Shown here piece after piece: positions 13,580 through 24,900 of a stretch of 64,000 nt of DNA. The notes beneath the pieces are model-generated. The model ran no database searches. It was not told where the DNA came from and saw only the letters and a program-made list of their open reading frames with translations. Numbering within the stretch: position 1 is the stretch's first letter; the number at the start of each line of letters is the position of its first letter. Source of the DNA: Phoronis australis (Eukaryota > Animalia > Phoronida); the NCBI GenBank assembly GCA_002633005.1, contig NMRA01000257.1, forward strand, positions 92,731 through 156,730, given 5' to 3'. A program made the translations under genes and the position numbers.

Positions 13580-13802
13580 CATGCGCGCACCCAGGGGGGG
13601 GGGCTCGAAGGAGCCCCACTTTTTGGCGAAATGGGCAAAATGGTCCGCCTCGCCTCTGAGACACAAAAAGTCCGTGAAAATGAAACAACAGTCCACCAAA
13701 CGTCCAATAAACAAGCACAAACACGCAATTTACAGTTGTGGTGGCCCCGGTTTTTTGTTTTTTTTTTTGAGTCCCCCAATCCCCCAATTTGGTTCACGCA
13801 TG
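13580..13802. mobile_element. MITE family 1 (TIR CATGCGCGCACCCAG), 5-bp TSD AACTG
   Basis: AACTG|CATGCGCGCACCCAGG ... GGTTCACGCATG|AACTG. Confidence 0.8.
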
Positions 13803-15668
13803 AACTGGATGTCAAAGCAAATGAGCAAAACAGAACTCTGTTAGCAAAGTAAGTAAGTCTGTGTTCTTTATCTGTATCCTCGTTGGAATATTCCGATAAC
13901 GCAGTTATTTATTCGCTTATATTCATCCAAATTGTTCTTACATACCTTCCCTGATTCGTGGACAAATCGGCCAATGACGCGCACAATCACCGGCACAATC
14001 TGCAGTGGTTCGAACCAATGGGAGAGATACTAAAGTCTGTCTTCCCGTGAAACCACTTTGAGGTGATGATGTAGTAATATCATTTCTAAGTCTATCGGTC
14101 TATATAAACCAACCTCTAGTCTACTTACATAAGCCCGACGTTTCGATGGGCCATTTCTCCGGCCATCTCCAGGTGTTACAGCGAGCACAGCCAGATGTAC
14201 GGTACACTCATGGTGGTCAATGATGAGCACTTTCTCCCTTTTTTCGTTGGCAGGAGCTGGGCTTGGAGTAAGAACCTTTATATCATCAGCCCAGTACTCG
14301 ACCACCACCCGGTGACTCGGTTATGAGAGTGCGATCTTACCATACCATATTCCGAAGCATCGTGACACAATAATGACTTCTGAGTCTTGTCTTGCAGCAA
14401 ACAAGTGAACCCCTCCAACTCTTTCTTTGCATGAGGGGTTGCATCGCAATCGACATCATGTAGCCCGATTACACTGTGAATATTGGGATCTATTCTAGCC
14501 ACCGTTGTTTAACCATGCGCAAATTTCTCAAATGAATACATAAAACCCAAATACTGGAGCTTCACATTTGACTTCAACCCAGGACTTCGTCAGCCCTAAT
14601 TGTTTCAGTTGTCGCCGATGTTAACCCGTTGCTACCTGTATCTATATGAAATACGGACAACATGGCTGCAGCACAATCAAGATGTCAAATCTCTGTTAGG
14701 GCCTCTCAGCGCTGAAATGACTAGTGCTTTCTGTCAACCTCAACAACGGGCAAGGCAACAATACCTCCCAGGTCGCCAACACGACCTCACAGATTTTTTG
14801 GCGACCTGCTAAAAATCCTAGGTCGCCAAGAAGTCGCCACGCAAAGATACCCAGACTACAGGAAGTACATGTTAGCTGCAGGAATAAGTCGAAATCATTC
14901 GGCAACTAAAAAGGAAGGGCCTGCATCTGTGGCCGGGTGCACAGGTAACGTATGCCGATCAATCAGCGTCTGCTTCAGGTGACACTGTGCGGAATATATT
15001 GGGCCCTAGAGAGGGATCGAGCACGTGAAACACTCCTAATATTTCGCCGACGCCAAGAAAAACGTAGTCCGCCGGGGCGACCACGGCTGTTCCGGCCAGT
15101 GTCATTTCAGATGTCTCGTCCATTTCATTTTCAGCTTCTACCAACTAGGCCTGTGCGTCTTTTCTAAAGGCCAAGACTTTCACGCAATCCCCCCTCCCCT
15201 GCCCACCTCCAAACGAAGTTTCCGTTGTTGTTGAACCCAGTTCCTGTTTTGCGACCTGGGAATTTGCCTTACTGCTGCATGTCTCGAGCTCCGATACATA
15301 ACCTGCTACCTAAAGTTGTAAGCGGATACTGTCATTGTGCGCGAACCTTGACCCTTAGTTTGCATTTAAAAGTGCGACGCTTAGGGATTTTAGTCCTGCA
15401 AAATTAAATGCTTGGCCTTGGTGAGGGTGGGGCACAGACCGGCGAAGCCATGCGCTCGCCTCCCCCACCGTTCACTGCAGACCCTTCGCTCACTGCAAAA
15501 AAGTAATCTGCACGACAGCAACTCATTTCAATTTTGCCTTTGAAATTTGTCCCTCTGACCATTGCAAAGTGCACCTCCCGCCCCCAACTGACTGTTGCCA
15601 CTCGTTTTAATCCCCATCGTTTCGGTCGCCAACGATTTCGCGTTTGGCCCCTGCTACTTCTGACTTAC

Positions 15669-15713
15669 ACAATGACCATCGTCTCTATTCTGGATAGAGA
15701 CGATGGTCATTGT
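15669..15713. repeat. Perfect 20-bp-stem hairpin flanked by 12-bp direct repeats
   Basis: ACAATGACCATCGTCTCTAT-tctgg-ATAGAGACGATGGTCATTGT, with CTACTTCTGACT at 15654-15665 and 15714-15725. Confidence 0.85.
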
Positions 15714-17234
15714 CTACTTCTGACTAGCCCTACGCCAGCGGCAGTGGTTGGTGGCGACTTAGATATTCGATGGGCGTAGGTGTTTATGTTGCGTGTGTCA
15801 CGAATCGCGTCAAGGGTTGTCGACGTCGATGTTTGGGTGAGCTCAGTAGGCCTACGACGTTAGATAAGTTACGGTAAAGCTTAGCCAAGTTATGACTGTG
15901 CCCAAAATAAGGGTTACACCTCGTACCCAAGGGCAAGGGGTCCCCTGGCTTGATTTAAATTATGTTAACATACTCATGGACAAGTATATAATTATACAGC
16001 TCGAATGTTTTTTCTTCTCACTCGTTATGCTGTTGTACCTACCTTCCCATTTTATCAAGTTCTAAAGTTTGAAAAAGGCGACTCTAAAATGTAGCATTTG
16101 GTGCAAAACACAAAGGTTATAGAACATCTGTCGTCTGCTTTTGCTCCAAATCGCCCGCCTTTTTTCTGATTTAAGGCTGCCCTCTAGTGGTCTTGCAAGA
16201 GTTTTTCCTTTGTCAGTGAGTTTAGCGTGGCGCCTGGGAAAAGTAGAAAATCATATTTTCCCGGTTTAAATTGAGAAACTAAAACTTAATACTTTCCCTG
16301 GGTTAGCCAACACCGAGGAGTCACACGATAGACCTATGGTCACAAGCACCGCTTTGTTTTATGAAATTCACAAATTATCGGTGCAACAGAACTCCACTGA
16401 ATTCGCGTATTCATTCCAGAAAAAGGCTTTTAAATGGAATCAAATCTCCAGTCAATGTCAAAAAGTGTATTTCACCTCAACGCATACATTTCAGTTCAGT
16501 TGCACATGACATACGCTCAATTCATAGCCTGAGCGAAGTGCCCGACAAAACTTGAAATCACGCAAGCATGGCCCAACGTAACAAAGTCTATACAGCGCAC
16601 TGAGACTCAGAAAAGACATAAATGAACAAAGACAACTAAATAAGAATAAAAGTAACCGAAGTACAGTTACAAATGTCCCGTCACACCTATTTAGTCGATT
16701 TTTAGTGCAGAACTACACGGACTTTATCAAATTATATGCCGCCAGAGGGCACACGCTTCATGCAAGCAAAAGCATAGCTAAAAAGTGGAAACCAGCCGTA
16801 CGTTGACACTTTCCAATTCAGGGGTGTGCGAACTGGAGACTGTGTTTTTGTTAGTCGATCGCAAGTTGCAATGATATATATCGGTGTACCCCTGCAGGTG
16901 ATGTAGCTTCAGGACATGTGCTTACTAATAGATCCTGTGCAGCAAGTGGTTTTCTTAGTAAAGCGTGTTTCGCGTACCTTGTGATGATCGCCGAGCAGTA
17001 CACCCTTGTCCAAAGTAATGGAGTAGCCTTCCCGGAGGTGGTACCTTAACACCATTGTTCAATTGTGTCCCCCACTCCCATGAATTAGAATGAATCATGC
17101 ACTACAGGCACTAAGAAAACAATGTTAGGGCGACCGGTAACGTCTGTCTCCGGAAGCCACAAAATTGGCCTCTCAACTTGATCGTGATAAGTCACTAGGC
17201 TGATTTCTCAGTGGGCGTTCAGTACATGGAACTT

Positions 17235-17460
17235 CATGCGCGCACCCAAGGGTGGGGGGGTGCTCGGGGAGCTCGAATGAGGGCGAAAAGTTCCATCCCT
17301 GAGAGACAAAAAGGCCACTAAATAATCGCAAACGCGCACTTCACAGTGGTGCTCCCGTTTTTTTTTTTGTTTTTTTTTTTTGAGTCAGTCCGCCCGCTCT
17401 CAAAAGGTCCACAACATCAGGAATTCGAGCCCCCCATATTGAAGGCTGGGTGCACGCATG
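17235..17460. mobile_element. MITE family 1, 5-bp TSD AACTT
   Basis: AACTT|CATGCGCGCACCCA ... TGGGTGCACGCATG|AACTT. Confidence 0.82.
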
Positions 17461-19685
17461 AACTTACGTGCAGTCCCCGGCGTAATTCCTTTAGTCATGC
17501 TCGGCGCATCATGGGCGGCGCACCATAGTGGGCTCATGCAGTGGGGGCTTTAGCCCCCCCCCCACTGTGCTGCGCTGCCCGTGCGGCATAAAATGATCGA
17601 CAGCCGGGCTTTGGCAAGCCAGCCTATGTAGATCAGGTACGCACACGTAGTGGCAAGCAGTAACAAAAGAACAGTTCTTTCGAGTCTCTGAGATCATCCA
17701 GGACCAGTTTGACACAAATTTCATAAGGGTGATCAAAAGATGTTTTTGCGATGGAAAGCGGGTTGTAAACTCTTTAATTCATGCAGAATTGAAAATTGTC
17801 GATCGAGTACGTTTTGCCCGCCACTCCAGGGATCAGTCTGTGCAGGTCGCCGGGCGACTAAGAATTTGATAACACGGCTGATGCCCGAAGTCGGGGTTTC
17901 AACTGTGAGAACGCAGCTTATATTGCATACGTAGACGCGGCCTTACGCTGCATGTGCAGATCCAGCCTCTTCTAAAATTTGCCAGTCAGAGCCGATCGAC
18001 TGTGGAGTTTTTTCCTAAATTTATGTCTTCCTTAGCGGCAATGAACAATTTTTGGGCTCCTGTGCCCGATTGCATGAAACAGTTCCAGGGACTGAACTGG
18101 CACTCTACTAGGTTCCCTAAATCCACTGCCTAGTTGTTGACTCAGTTGCCTGAAAACACCGATGTGTCCTTTATTATCCTGTTTGGTCAAGAGCGGCGTA
18201 GCACTGAAAAACGTGCGGGGTGCTATAGCCCCCCCCCCAGCCCCCATGTGGGTGCACCGCCCATAGACCATGGACGCCGGAGCCGTGAAAAAAGGGGGGC
18301 CCCTATGGTGCGCCGCCCATGTGTTTGTGCCTCATTACTGAGTCAAATGTTGGCTTTGACACAAATCGTAAGGAAACTCTAAATTGAATTCTCACTGAGG
18401 CAATAGGGATCTTTTTATGCGACGCACCTAATTCAAGGACTACCAAAGTCCCTAATTAATATTACTTAATTAAGAGCTCAGTTTTTAGTTATATCACTAG
18501 AAAATATCATAGGTCAAAGATCTCATAATAAAGATAAAACGACGGGAAAGATTTACATCTGGTCGTAAAGAACAGGATTTAGTCGGGGAACTTGAGTAGA
18601 GTCCCTATTTGGAATGTATGCAACCGGGTATCAAAGATAAAATAATGACAGAATGGTGCTTTATCTCAAGTATTTATTTACATTATGGGACACCCCCAGG
18701 GGCCTTTGTCTCCAGTTATATACTAGTTTTATTCGACTGTTTTTAGTGTTTTCATGGTGCCTGGTCTCTGAGTCTGTGGTCTTCAGGTGTAATTTTCTTC
18801 ATAATTAAATTAACCTCCCATAGTTTTGCCATGATGTGACATTTCGACGCCACTGGTGCAAACTGTCTTTTTGTTCGCTTCCCCAATAGTGGCGGGGTTT
18901 TGGTGGCACTGTGCAGTTAGACTGTAGCCGCGGGTAAGTGACGCTGTAGCCGGGAACAATTTCACTTGACTTGACAATCTTGGGTTTAAATGAAGTGCTG
19001 CTTGAACACATTTGATAAACGGCATCTAAAGACATGCAACTAGGAAAAAGACACACTACGTGAATCAAGTTTATTATAACACAGAAATGTCAAAACACAA
19101 ACAAAGACATAAAATCGCTGCAGACAGCCAAAAAGTGGATGAAACTGAAGTAAGATAATGAATAGGCTACCGTCTGAAGCTGTGGTGGTCACATTCAGAA
19201 GCGGACTACAACGAGATCCAGGGCTGCAAGATTCCCGTGACGTCAAAATCTCGTGAAAAGGCAAAAGTCAGCAAGACCATGCAAAAACACAAGTGTTTCC
19301 CGAGTATGCATGGGACTTACTAGCACATCCTAGCAAAATGAGAAACACTGAAATAATTGGTTGGCTATGTCAAATCACAGAATAGAATCCACCCTTTCCA
19401 TTCCATAAGTAAAGATTTCTGGAGGTATTTGCTGCACGAGTGTCTTGTGAAGCAACCCTGGTTCTTGTAACACCATTTACATTGTGCACATCGTGAAGGA
19501 CCAGACCAGCTTCACAGACATTGCAAAAAATGCGCAGGGCATACCTGTCCTTATGGTAATGAAACTAAATTCATGCACAACTATAGCGAAGGCGCCCCTA
19601 TAGCGAAGGCGCCCAATACTGAAATATTTTTCATGGATAAAGTAATGTCCTAACAATGTCCTCAGCAGAACGTCCCATTTGCTTC

Positions 19686-21311
19686 CAGTGGCGGATCTAC
19701 GTTTTCAGCAAGGGGGTTTAGGATTCCCGCCAAGGTGGAATCCTAGGCGCGTGGCGCCGAGCGGGGGCAGGTCGGGAGGGGGAAACTTTTTTGTTTTTAT
19801 AGCCAAATAGTGAAATTTCAATGCATCCTGGTAAGTTTCTGGCACTTAACATGTCTCTGGAGTTTTTCTTAAGATAATTAAAAACCCTTCTCGATTTCGT
19901 CACATGAACTTGGCACATAAGTTTCGTGAAACCATATTGTGCACATCTGGGTATGAGTCATCCCACCAGCAAAAACTTTTGTTGGAACATCTGCTTACAC
20001 ACACCTTTTTTAGCATACGAAAAGTCGTATACGAAAAAGTGTGGTGTGTATACAGGGGTTTAGACAATTTCCGAATATTCAAGAGCATAATTAAGGAGCA
20101 CCGACGGGGCGTAAAAACTTGAATATCAGATGATCGCGTAACAGCAGCCTCAAGTTGTACGAAGACCTGTACTGTTAGTCCGGAAATAAACATGTGTTCT
20201 GTCTCGTTGCGAGAAAAACTGGCGAACGATGGTGCTCTCAACTCATAGTCTATTATTAAAAGCGACAATAAATAATTAGGTATCACTTTATTAAGCTGAA
20301 TCACGTTGACAACAATTGAAAAACGTCAAATCTATCAGGAAACAAATTATCTGAAAACAGTTTCACGAAACCAAAACATCCTGTGCACAGTGGTGAAAAG
20401 ATACACTGGACTAGTTTGCANNNNNNNNNNNNNNNNNNNNNNNNNNNNNNNNNNNNNNNNNNNNNNNNNNNNNNNNNNNNNNNNNNNNNNNNNNNNNNNN
20501 NNNNNNNNNNNNNNNNNNNNNNNNNNNNNNNNNNNNNNNNNNNNNNNNNNNNNNNNNNNNNNNNNNNNNNNNNNNNNNNNNNNNNNNNNNNNNNNNNNNN
20601 NNNNNNNNNNNNNNNNNNNNNNNNNNNNNNNNNNNNNNNNNNNNNNNNNNNNNNNNNNNNNNNNNNNNNNNNNNNNNNNNNNNNNNNNCAGACCACGGCG
20701 CCCGCCACAATAGCAATTCTTCGGAAAAAGATTTTTTTTCAAAAATATTACATGTACATGTACACAATATTACATGTACATGTACACTGTATGATATTGC
20801 GCAAGACAACTTTACTATACATCAGTTACAAACGTGTGGAGTGTAATAGAATGACACGGCAAGACAGATGAGGTAAAAACGTTGCACGTCAATTCGCCTG
20901 AATATCAGGGTTGCGGCACCGCAGTATTTCCCCTAATCAAATCAAAATATATCTGAGAGTAAAGAAGCTAGTTACCTAAAGAAATCAGGTATAGAACTGC
21001 TCTTTCAGCGGTGAATCCATCTAAAATGCTTGGCTACTTCAGAAGTGTCGACGGAAGCGCGCGCACAATAAATCCCCGCGCGTTTTGCCGATGAGCCACA
21101 AAGACTCGGCAATTCACAACGCAAAAAACTATATTTTCAGAATGAACCCCTCACTTTTTTCCAAGTTGGTTTACATGGGGTTTACACATACTGGCGGTGC
21201 CGTTTTTGTTTTGCTGGAGACGCATTTGTTTTTGTTTTTTTTTTTTTAATTTTTGGGTCCTGGCCCGAGGGGGGGTTTAAACCCCCTGAACCCCCCGTAG
21301 ATCAGCCACTG
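19686..21311. mobile_element. Non-autonomous DNA element (TIR CAGTGGCGGATCTAC), 5-bp TSD GCTTC, spanning the assembly gap
   Basis: GCTTC|CAGTGGCGGATCTACG ... CGTAGATCAGCCACTG|GCTTC. Confidence 0.72.
20421..20688. other. Assembly gap (268 N)
   Basis: Run of N. Confidence 1.
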
Positions 21312-21950
21312 GCTTCGGTACCTGATCCAGCTTCAGGCCTCCAGAACTGTAGATTCCCGATGACAATGGGTGACACCGGAGAGCTATATAATTGTGTAAG
21401 AAGTTAGCAGGAAAGCCTTCAGTAAATATTCAAAAAAAAACTGTCAACAAGTGACTAAATTTATTACTTGACTCAAGTATAAGGAATTATAAAATGGTTT
21501 CAGAAAGTTTCTGTGAATCATGTCAGTAAAATTTCTGCCATAACGGCAATCTTAACCATGTAACAAGTTTATAAACAAAACTAAAAAAGGAGCTCCCCAG
21601 ATACCCAAACTTCATGCTTTTGAATTTTGTCAAATGCCCATTAAAATCTCACTAATTTCAGACAAAAATAATTGCCAAAATTGCACTTTTTCATTTTTGA
21701 TGGATATTCAACATTGTAACGAATTCCAACAATTTTTCAAAACATTTTCTGATAACTATTACTACAACTTGAAAATGGCAAAGCAGCACTATGCACACAT
21801 TTATTCTGAAAAAATGATAAACACAAAACTTCACTTGTCACAAATATGGTACCTTAATTTCTTGCCACACCAAGAATTTCTAACAGGAATTGAAAATGGT
21901 TAAGCAATGCTCTTAGAATATTTGAAGAAATCAAACGAAGTCTAGTCAGC

Positions 21951-24900
21951 CTAATGCAACTTAGTATTCACCCAACTAGTAACCGTAGTCAGAGACCGGT
22001 TTGGAACGATAATGGCATGCATTTCCCTTATCAGCTTTGCTTGCTTCTGAAGTGCAGCGTGCATGATGTTAATCCTGCAACAAACAAAATGAACAAATTA
22101 CCAGAGCAGTAGAACTTTTCTAATGCCAACACATTGGAGATGTTTTCGGTTTCGAGCCACATTTCGAACCCAACGTAGGATATATTTACTATACACGCCA
22201 AACGTAGCCAGACAAAATACCATTTACCAATTATTCTAGCTATACCGATGGTGAATTCCATTTGCGCTCAGACTTCATGACAGGGAACGTAGGACTTTTC
22301 ATATTAGTGTTATCTAGAGTAACCAGAGCACCACAGTGACGTCTGCTGGATTACAACTCAGATTTGGTGGAAAGAAATTCAGTTACTACACAGTGGTTTA
22401 TTAATTTAAAAGCAAAGGAATAAATTCCACTGCCAACCCCTCCCATTGTTCGAAGTTCACTTAATATTTATTATAGCTTTTTGACACCGGCTGGGATCAT
22501 AATTCTCCCACTTCATCAGTTGCAGCCACAGGCTTTGTCACAGATTCTTCTTGACAATGGGAAATGTATGGAACAAGATGAACTTGTTCATCCATTGATA
22601 TATTAAAAAGATTAGCGTTTCTTTCCACAAAACAGTGGCAATATGCCAGCATTATAGTAGCAGGAAAAAGGGTTACAAGTTGTTTGTACTAGTAGGTTGA
22701 AACCTCATGTCTGCATTAAATGGGATCTGCAGGTGGCACCTGATCGCCACCTGGTGGTATAGTGAATTTCAATATGGCGAGGCTATTTCGAAATTCAGTT
22801 ATTCCAGTTTATTTTGTTTGACCATTTATGATCTGCACTGTATCATGACAGATCAAAAACGGACAATTCTGGTAAAATTTTGTTCAAGATCCTACATATT
22901 AGTTGCTGACATTGAAATGTCTCATATACAGTAAATATGTGAAGCGCCACCTTTTGTCTTGAGCTGCAACGACGTGCTTGATCTTGTGTATATTTTCCAT
23001 GGTTCTGCCCTGTTCACGGTTTGCATTCATGTCCATGTAATCATCTTTACCACTGGTTTTCTCCAATACTTGCTGTAAAGACTAAAAAACAACAGTTTGG
23101 TGAAGTAAGCACACTGAAAATTTTTATTCTTCCACCAACCATTAGAAAAACCAGAAAAATGCTTTTTGGAACTTTTAAAGAAAACATTCTTCTACAGTAA
23201 GTGAACATGCTTTGTATTTTGACAAAAAAGAAAAATTAGAGCTAGGTGTATTGTTAAAATGATGCAAAACTGTACATATGCAGACCAAAGCAAACTTAAT
23301 GCTACACTATGCAATGGCAATTGAGGATTTTCTAATTTTTTTATTCATCCTTTTATTAACTTAGAAATGATATTCCTGAATAAGACTGATGGATGAGTAG
23401 TCCTAGCAATGTGTCCATACAATATAAACAATATCTTACACAGATTACAAAAATACATTGTTTTCATAAAAAATGATGGGGTTTGAGCATGAAATTAATG
23501 CATAATTATTACGTAAAGCGAAATAGGAAGAAAAGGACTTTCGCAAAGTCACTCATTCACTTGTTCGGATTGAATAACTATAATTGAATTTAAAGTTTTA
23601 ATTTACATTACAGACTGGGCTTATCTACTAAAAAGTATTAATCAAAATTTATATTGATGAAAAAACATTTTCATTGAACAAATCAATTTCTGGACTTACT
23701 TTATATAAAAGATAACATAGCGTCCCCATCTCAGAGACTTCTAGATTGTCTGAAGCTGATGTGCTGGTGTGTGGTCATTGGCGGAGATTGTTGTCATGTG
23801 AGTTTTGACATAATTTCTTTTGTTGGGTATGTAATACATTGTTCCAAACAGCTGATAGATTATATTTAAGTACTCTGTGTCAACAAAACTCAGAAGTGTT
23901 TAGTCATCTTTGCACATCAGACCACGGTTTTTCTATGGAAAATGTGTGATCTTTGATACTGAAGAGGATTGACTTTCCCATGGTGTGAGAGACACGATCC
24001 ATGAGAGAATTGAGTCCTCTAGCCTCAACAGACATGGAGGACTTAGATATAATCTATCAGCTGTTTAGAGCAAGGTATTATGTCACCAACTAAAGAAATT
24101 ACGTCCCAAACCACGTGACAACAATCTTCATCAATGCCGACACGCTAGCACACCGGCTTCTGACGATCTGTAGAAGTCTTCGAAATGGGGACACTATTTA
24201 TCATTTAAAAGTAAGTCCAGAAATTGATTTATTTTTGCTTTGCATGAAAACACAGTTTGACAAAAAAACACGTCCATTTTTCTTTCAATTAACTGATAAT
24301 TTTGAAGCACCTATAAAGCCATCATCATTTTTCAGTGACTTCAGTGCTTATAAAGAACAGGCAGTTTGTTATTGTTCAAGATCAGGCTCTGCAAGCTTAT
24401 CACGGCATGTCATCTTAAGCGGCAAGCCTGGTCTTGGTGAATAATTATTGCTTTTTGGACGAGTATGTGGGTTCATAGAAGGCACTTTAAAAGTCACGTG
24501 TTGATGAAATTTCTTCCTGAACTCAGTGACAACAAGTAGCCAACAATTAAAAAGTATCTACGTTGGTGTGCAAAGGATATACATTTTTTCAAGTACATGC
24601 CTGCTAACACCTTCCATGATTGCTCTAAGACTTTGTTCAAAGTGTTCAGGACGTCACTGTCTCCAACAGTACCAAACTTAAGTCATCAGAACTGAAAATT
24701 CCTTTGAATATTCAAATTGATTTCCAATCAAAATTATTTAATGAAAACGTATTAGCAGACATGTACAAAACTTACACATTCACAGCATTTCTGAGACAAA
24801 CTGATTAAAACCAGTCCAACAGGAATGTAATTAACTTTGAAAAACCAGCTTCCACAAGTGCAGAAGGATGTCTGTTCTATTCTTGACATTTCAAATCCTC

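Noticed and set aside
13946-14010. Candidate upstream coding exon for paralogue A (GGAAG|gtatgt)
   Set aside because: In the phase needed there is an in-frame TGA and no ATG; it could only be non-coding and has no other support.
20301-20871. Long ORFs of 130-160 aa
   Set aside because: They are artefacts of translating the N gap.
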